DNA of 64,000 nucleotides from Curvularia clavata (Eukaryota): NCBI GenBank assembly GCA_023920165.1, contig CP089278.1, positions 1,674,001 to 1,738,000 of the forward strand, read 5' to 3'. Shown piece by piece: positions 60,738 to 64,000 of this stretch (position 1 is its first letter; each line of letters starts with the position of its first letter). The notes under the pieces were generated by a model. It saw only the letters and a program-made list of their open reading frames with translations, ran no database searches and was not told where the DNA came from. The position numbers and the translations under genes were made by a program.

Positions 60738-63700
60738 TCAGACATGACCGTTTCTTCTCTTTGCCTCTTCCAGAGCCGCGCGTAGTCTCTGCTCCTTTTC
60801 CACGTCCCCACTGCCATTGTCCTTGCCCATTTTCCGCTCCACCAGCTCCTTAATCGCCTCATCATCACTCTCCAACACGTGCACCCTTCTCGTAAACTCC
60901 TCGACCAACTTCTTCTCGCCTTCTTTCTTCTCAGCCCGCAACTCTTCTAACCGCGCAGCATCCGCTTTCTCGCTTTCTGCCTGCGCAATCTCGGCGTCCA
61001 CCACGGTATTGTTGAGCTCAATCTCTAGATCGTTGAAGAGCGACAAAAGCGCCTTGGAGGAGTGCTTTAGCCCGTTGATGGTAGAATGGGCCCGAGAGAG
61101 TATGTCGCCATCACCAGCACCATCATCCAGGAGCCTGATAGCAGCGAGGATCTGGTCCATTTCCTTGCGTTCGGTGCTGAGGGCAGTAACGACAACATCT
61201 TCCACGCTACTGACGAGCTGGCCAATGCGTCTTGCCTTGTCCCGCTTTGAATTGAGTGCAGCCTGCTTCTCTGCAGATTCGAAATGTCTCTCTAGGTCCT
61301 TCATGGCGCTGATCTTTCCTGCGGCGTAGAGGGGCTGGATCTCAGTCTTTTTGTACACCCTGTCGCGCTCTGCTACAATGCGCACAACACCTTCGTGACG
61401 CTTTTCTACCTGCTTGTGTATGTTTTCCAGAAGCTCGAGACAGTCCTCAGTACTGGGAGGATCACCACTTTCCAGGCTTTTGGTTCCAGATACTGACACC
61501 TGAAGCAGATGCTCAACCTCCGCATACAGATCCATGAGCTCCTTGATCTCAGCTTGAAGACCACTATAAACTGGGTTGAACACCGCATCCATGTAGCTCC
61601 TGTATTCACCCTGGACTTCCTGTGCTTTGAGCTCGACTTCCTTCTGCTTGAACTCTTCCTCCAACTGTTTCATCTCCGCATATGAGATTTCGTCGTTATT
61701 GAACAGCTCGTCGTTGTGCTCCTCATTTTCCTCTTGGCGTTTTCGACGCGCTTCATCGTTTTTCCGGCGTGTGAGAGATGCTGAGTCTTCCCATGCTACC
61801 GAAAGCTCTTCCATCTTAAGCGATTGATTTCCTACGTTCGACAGTTTGGCTCTAAGCTCTTCAATGTGATGACTAGCCTTGCCTTGAAGATGTCGCGGTA
61901 GGAGAAGTGCTAGGGATTCATTTGGGTTGCCTTCGTGTGGAAGCGGAACTGACTTTGAGCTGTGTGAAAACGGACCCAATGGCGGAGGAATGGAGTCAGC
62001 TTCATGTTGACGAGCACTGCTTACAGGTGCCTGTGGATTTGGCTGACCCGCACCAAAGAATATCTCATCATGTCCCTTGTTGGGGCTTGGAGATGAGACC
62101 CCACTTGCTGTGTTTAAGAAAGACATTGTTTTCCTATGCCTCAAGGAGAGAGGCTCCTCAGGCTGCCGCGATGGCGGGACGTAAGCTTTGTATTGCGACT
62201 GCAATTGCTCCTCAGGACGAGATTGGATTGGTGTTTTGTTGGTGTCATCATCGACAGAGCTCGTTGGGGTCAGAATAGTGGTAGATTGCACAGAAGGCGC
62301 TGTTTGAGGCTGCACTTGCATGCTCTCCATGATAGGAAATGTCGGCACTCGTGCTATGATGGGCCTTCCACCTGGACTATACTGATAGTCATCCTCGGAA
62401 GCTACATCTGGCGGTACTTGTACTTTGAGATCCGGCCTCGCGCTAGAAGCGGTGGTATTAGATCCCGAGATTTGCTCAGGCTCCGCTGAAGCTACTGGCT
62501 CTTCTACAGATGCTTGAGGTGGGGCGTCGAAGAACTCGATTCCTCTGACAGTAGACTCAGCTTTCATGAAAGCCTTGAATATTTTGATCTTTTCCTCGAC
62601 CTCTGGCTCCATTGCTTCGCTACGAAGCATAGCAATGTATCTCTCTAACGAACCAGCATACCACGGATCAAGATCTGGGATAAGGTCTGCTGCAGTAGGC
62701 TTTGGCGGCTCCTTTGCCTTCTCCACTTCCAGTTGGCGCCTGAGTTCAACAATGGTCCTATCGCGCTCTTCCAAGTTATGCTCTTTTCCTTCCATGTCTT
62801 CTTTGAGTCTGTCGATAGTGAGACCCTTCTCTCTAGCAGCAGCTTCAGAATTAGTAGTAGCTTGGTCGGCAGTCAGCCTCATATTTTCGATTTGTGCTAA
62901 CAGCACATCCCTCTCACTCGCTGCGTGGTTCTTCGCAATCTTGGTTTCGGATTCAAACTTCTCTCTGTCAGCCTTGAAAAGCTCAGACGTTGTGCGATGA
63001 CGCTCAATCTCCTGTTGTAATTCTGTTCGCAACTGGTCAATGATCTCGTCCTTTGCCTTAAGTTCTGCAGTAATGACTGGGCTAATAGGCTTGGAGACGT
63101 CCGCAGCACGGCTATGTGATTGCGTACTGACTGGGGCAGTCCACGGCTGCTGAATACTGACAGGCGATGGTTGCGATTCTCTATCAAAGCGATTTCGAGG
63201 ACTATGAGTGCGCTCTACGGGTTTAGGGGTTGTTCTTAATGGAGCCACAATCGCATCTTCCACAACGAAATCGTCCTGTGCAGGACGTGGGGAGCGCCGC
63301 TCACTAGGTTTCGCCACAGTGGTAGGCGGTGTGGGCATGTACGTTTCAGCCGATTCACTTGAGTCGGGATGTGCAGGATATACTGCGGGGCTTGGAAAGC
63401 CGTGTGTCGAAGGAGGTGACGGGACATGAGCTGGCAATTCAACGCTGTCCGGTTGCGCGACCTCAGTATTTCTACTCTCCGGCTTCGCACAAAACAAAGC
63501 CTCGTCATCGATCTCCTCTCCACCACCCAGATGTTCCCAGTCCGAAGGACCACCAACAGCTAAGGCACTGAACTTTGACTTGTCATCACGAGGCGGAGGT
63601 GGTGTCGGAATCTTCTGCGAAGAAGGCTTCGGAGACGACGTTCTGTCATTGACACGTTGCGCATAAAAGTTGTTGAGAGCAATGGAACTTATAGAATCGG

Positions 63701-64000
63701 TACGGTTATAGCTAGGTTGATGCCCTGGGGCAACACTGAGACTTGCTCGGCTAGACATGGGAGATACTGGTTGACTGGTTGGCCTGACTTCATAGGGATT
63801 TGACGGGGCTGGGTGAGATTGATGGAGAGAGTTCGATTCCTGAGTGGCTGGTTTTGTTGCGTTTGGATATTGCGGCTCGGAAACTGGATTTTGCAATTGT
63901 TGTGTTGCCTGTGCATTTTCGTAAGGTACTTGTGCAGCGTGATGATTGTACTCCGGTCCTGGCAGCGGCGGTGGTTGCCACTGGCTCGGGGGCTGAGCAG
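60738..64000 (-). CDS. Large hypothetical protein, Pro/Ser-rich with coiled coils; the 5' end lies beyond the window
   Basis: Uninterrupted ORF of more than 1050 aa that is still open at the window edge. GGPSDWE and YSPGGRP short motifs, plus extensive coiled coils. Confidence 0.8.
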   Translation of the reverse strand, partial: AQPPSQWQPPPLPGPEYNHHAAQVPYENAQATQQLQNPVSEPQYPNATKPATQESNSLHQSHPAPSNPYEVRPTSQPVSPMSSRASLSVAPGHQPSYNRTDSISSIALNNFYAQRVNDRTSSPKPSSQKIPTPPPPRDDKSKFSALAVGGPSDWEHLGGGEEIDDEALFCAKPESRNTEVAQPDSVELPAHVPSPPSTHGFPSPAVYPAHPDSSESAETYMPTPPTTVAKPSERRSPRPAQDDFVVEDAIVAPLRTTPKPVERTHSPRNRFDRESQPSPVSIQQPWTAPVSTQSHSRAADVSKPISPVITAELKAKDEIIDQLRTELQQEIERHRTTSELFKADREKFESETKIAKNHAASERDVLLAQIENMRLTADQATTNSEAAAREKGLTIDRLKEDMEGKEHNLEERDRTIVELRRQLEVEKAKEPPKPTAADLIPDLDPWYAGSLERYIAMLRSEAMEPEVEEKIKIFKAFMKAESTVRGIEFFDAPPQASVEEPVASAEPEQISGSNTTASSARPDLKVQVPPDVASEDDYQYSPGGRPIIARVPTFPIMESMQVQPQTAPSVQSTTILTPTSSVDDDTNKTPIQSRPEEQLQSQYKAYVPPSRQPEEPLSLRHRKTMSFLNTASGVSSPSPNKGHDEIFFGAGQPNPQAPVSSARQHEADSIPPPLGPFSHSSKSVPLPHEGNPNESLALLLPRHLQGKASHHIEELRAKLSNVGNQSLKMEELSVAWEDSASLTRRKNDEARRKRQEENEEHNDELFNNDEISYAEMKQLEEEFKQKEVELKAQEVQGEYRSYMDAVFNPVYSGLQAEIKELMDLYAEVEHLLQVSVSGTKSLESGDPPSTEDCLELLENIHKQVEKRHEGVVRIVAERDRVYKKTEIQPLYAAGKISAMKDLERHFESAEKQAALNSKRDKARRIGQLVSSVEDVVVTALSTERKEMDQILAAIRLLDDGAGDGDILSRAHSTINGLKHSSKALLSLFNDLEIELNNTVVDAEIAQAESEKADAARLEELRAEKKEGEKKLVEEFTRRVHVLESDDEAIKELVERKMGKDNGSGDVEKEQRLRAALEEAKRRNGHV

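Overview
A gene-dense, intron-containing segment of a filamentous ascomycete chromosome. The GT-AG introns with CTRAC branch points are fungal, and the protein sequences resemble Dothideomycetes/Pleosporales (inference). Most of the ~26 genes are conserved housekeeping genes: IDH1, BUD23, SVP26, a NatB MDM20-like subunit, DPH4, 14-3-3, DUF1640/FMP32, a WW-PhoD protein, a synaptojanin-like INP52/53, RGD2, GGTase-I beta, RRP17, tropomyosin, a SWIB protein, RCY1, a Par32-like protein and a 2OG-Fe(II) oxygenase. Four things stand out. (1) An apparently gene-free 4.8 kb interval (52.4-57.2 kb) contains small ORFs with a repeated PQPRDGG/PPGDGG motif; the two PQPRDGG copies differ only at synonymous sites, suggesting an unannotated micropeptide locus. 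(2) A three-exon PAF/AFP-family antifungal protein gene sits in a ~5.5 kb accessory-looking block. (3) A 'hypothetical' protein carries securin motifs. (4) The 14-3-3 gene starts with a chain of micro-exons. No tRNA, rRNA, CRISPR array or intact transposon was recognised. All family calls come from motif recognition by eye, not database searches.
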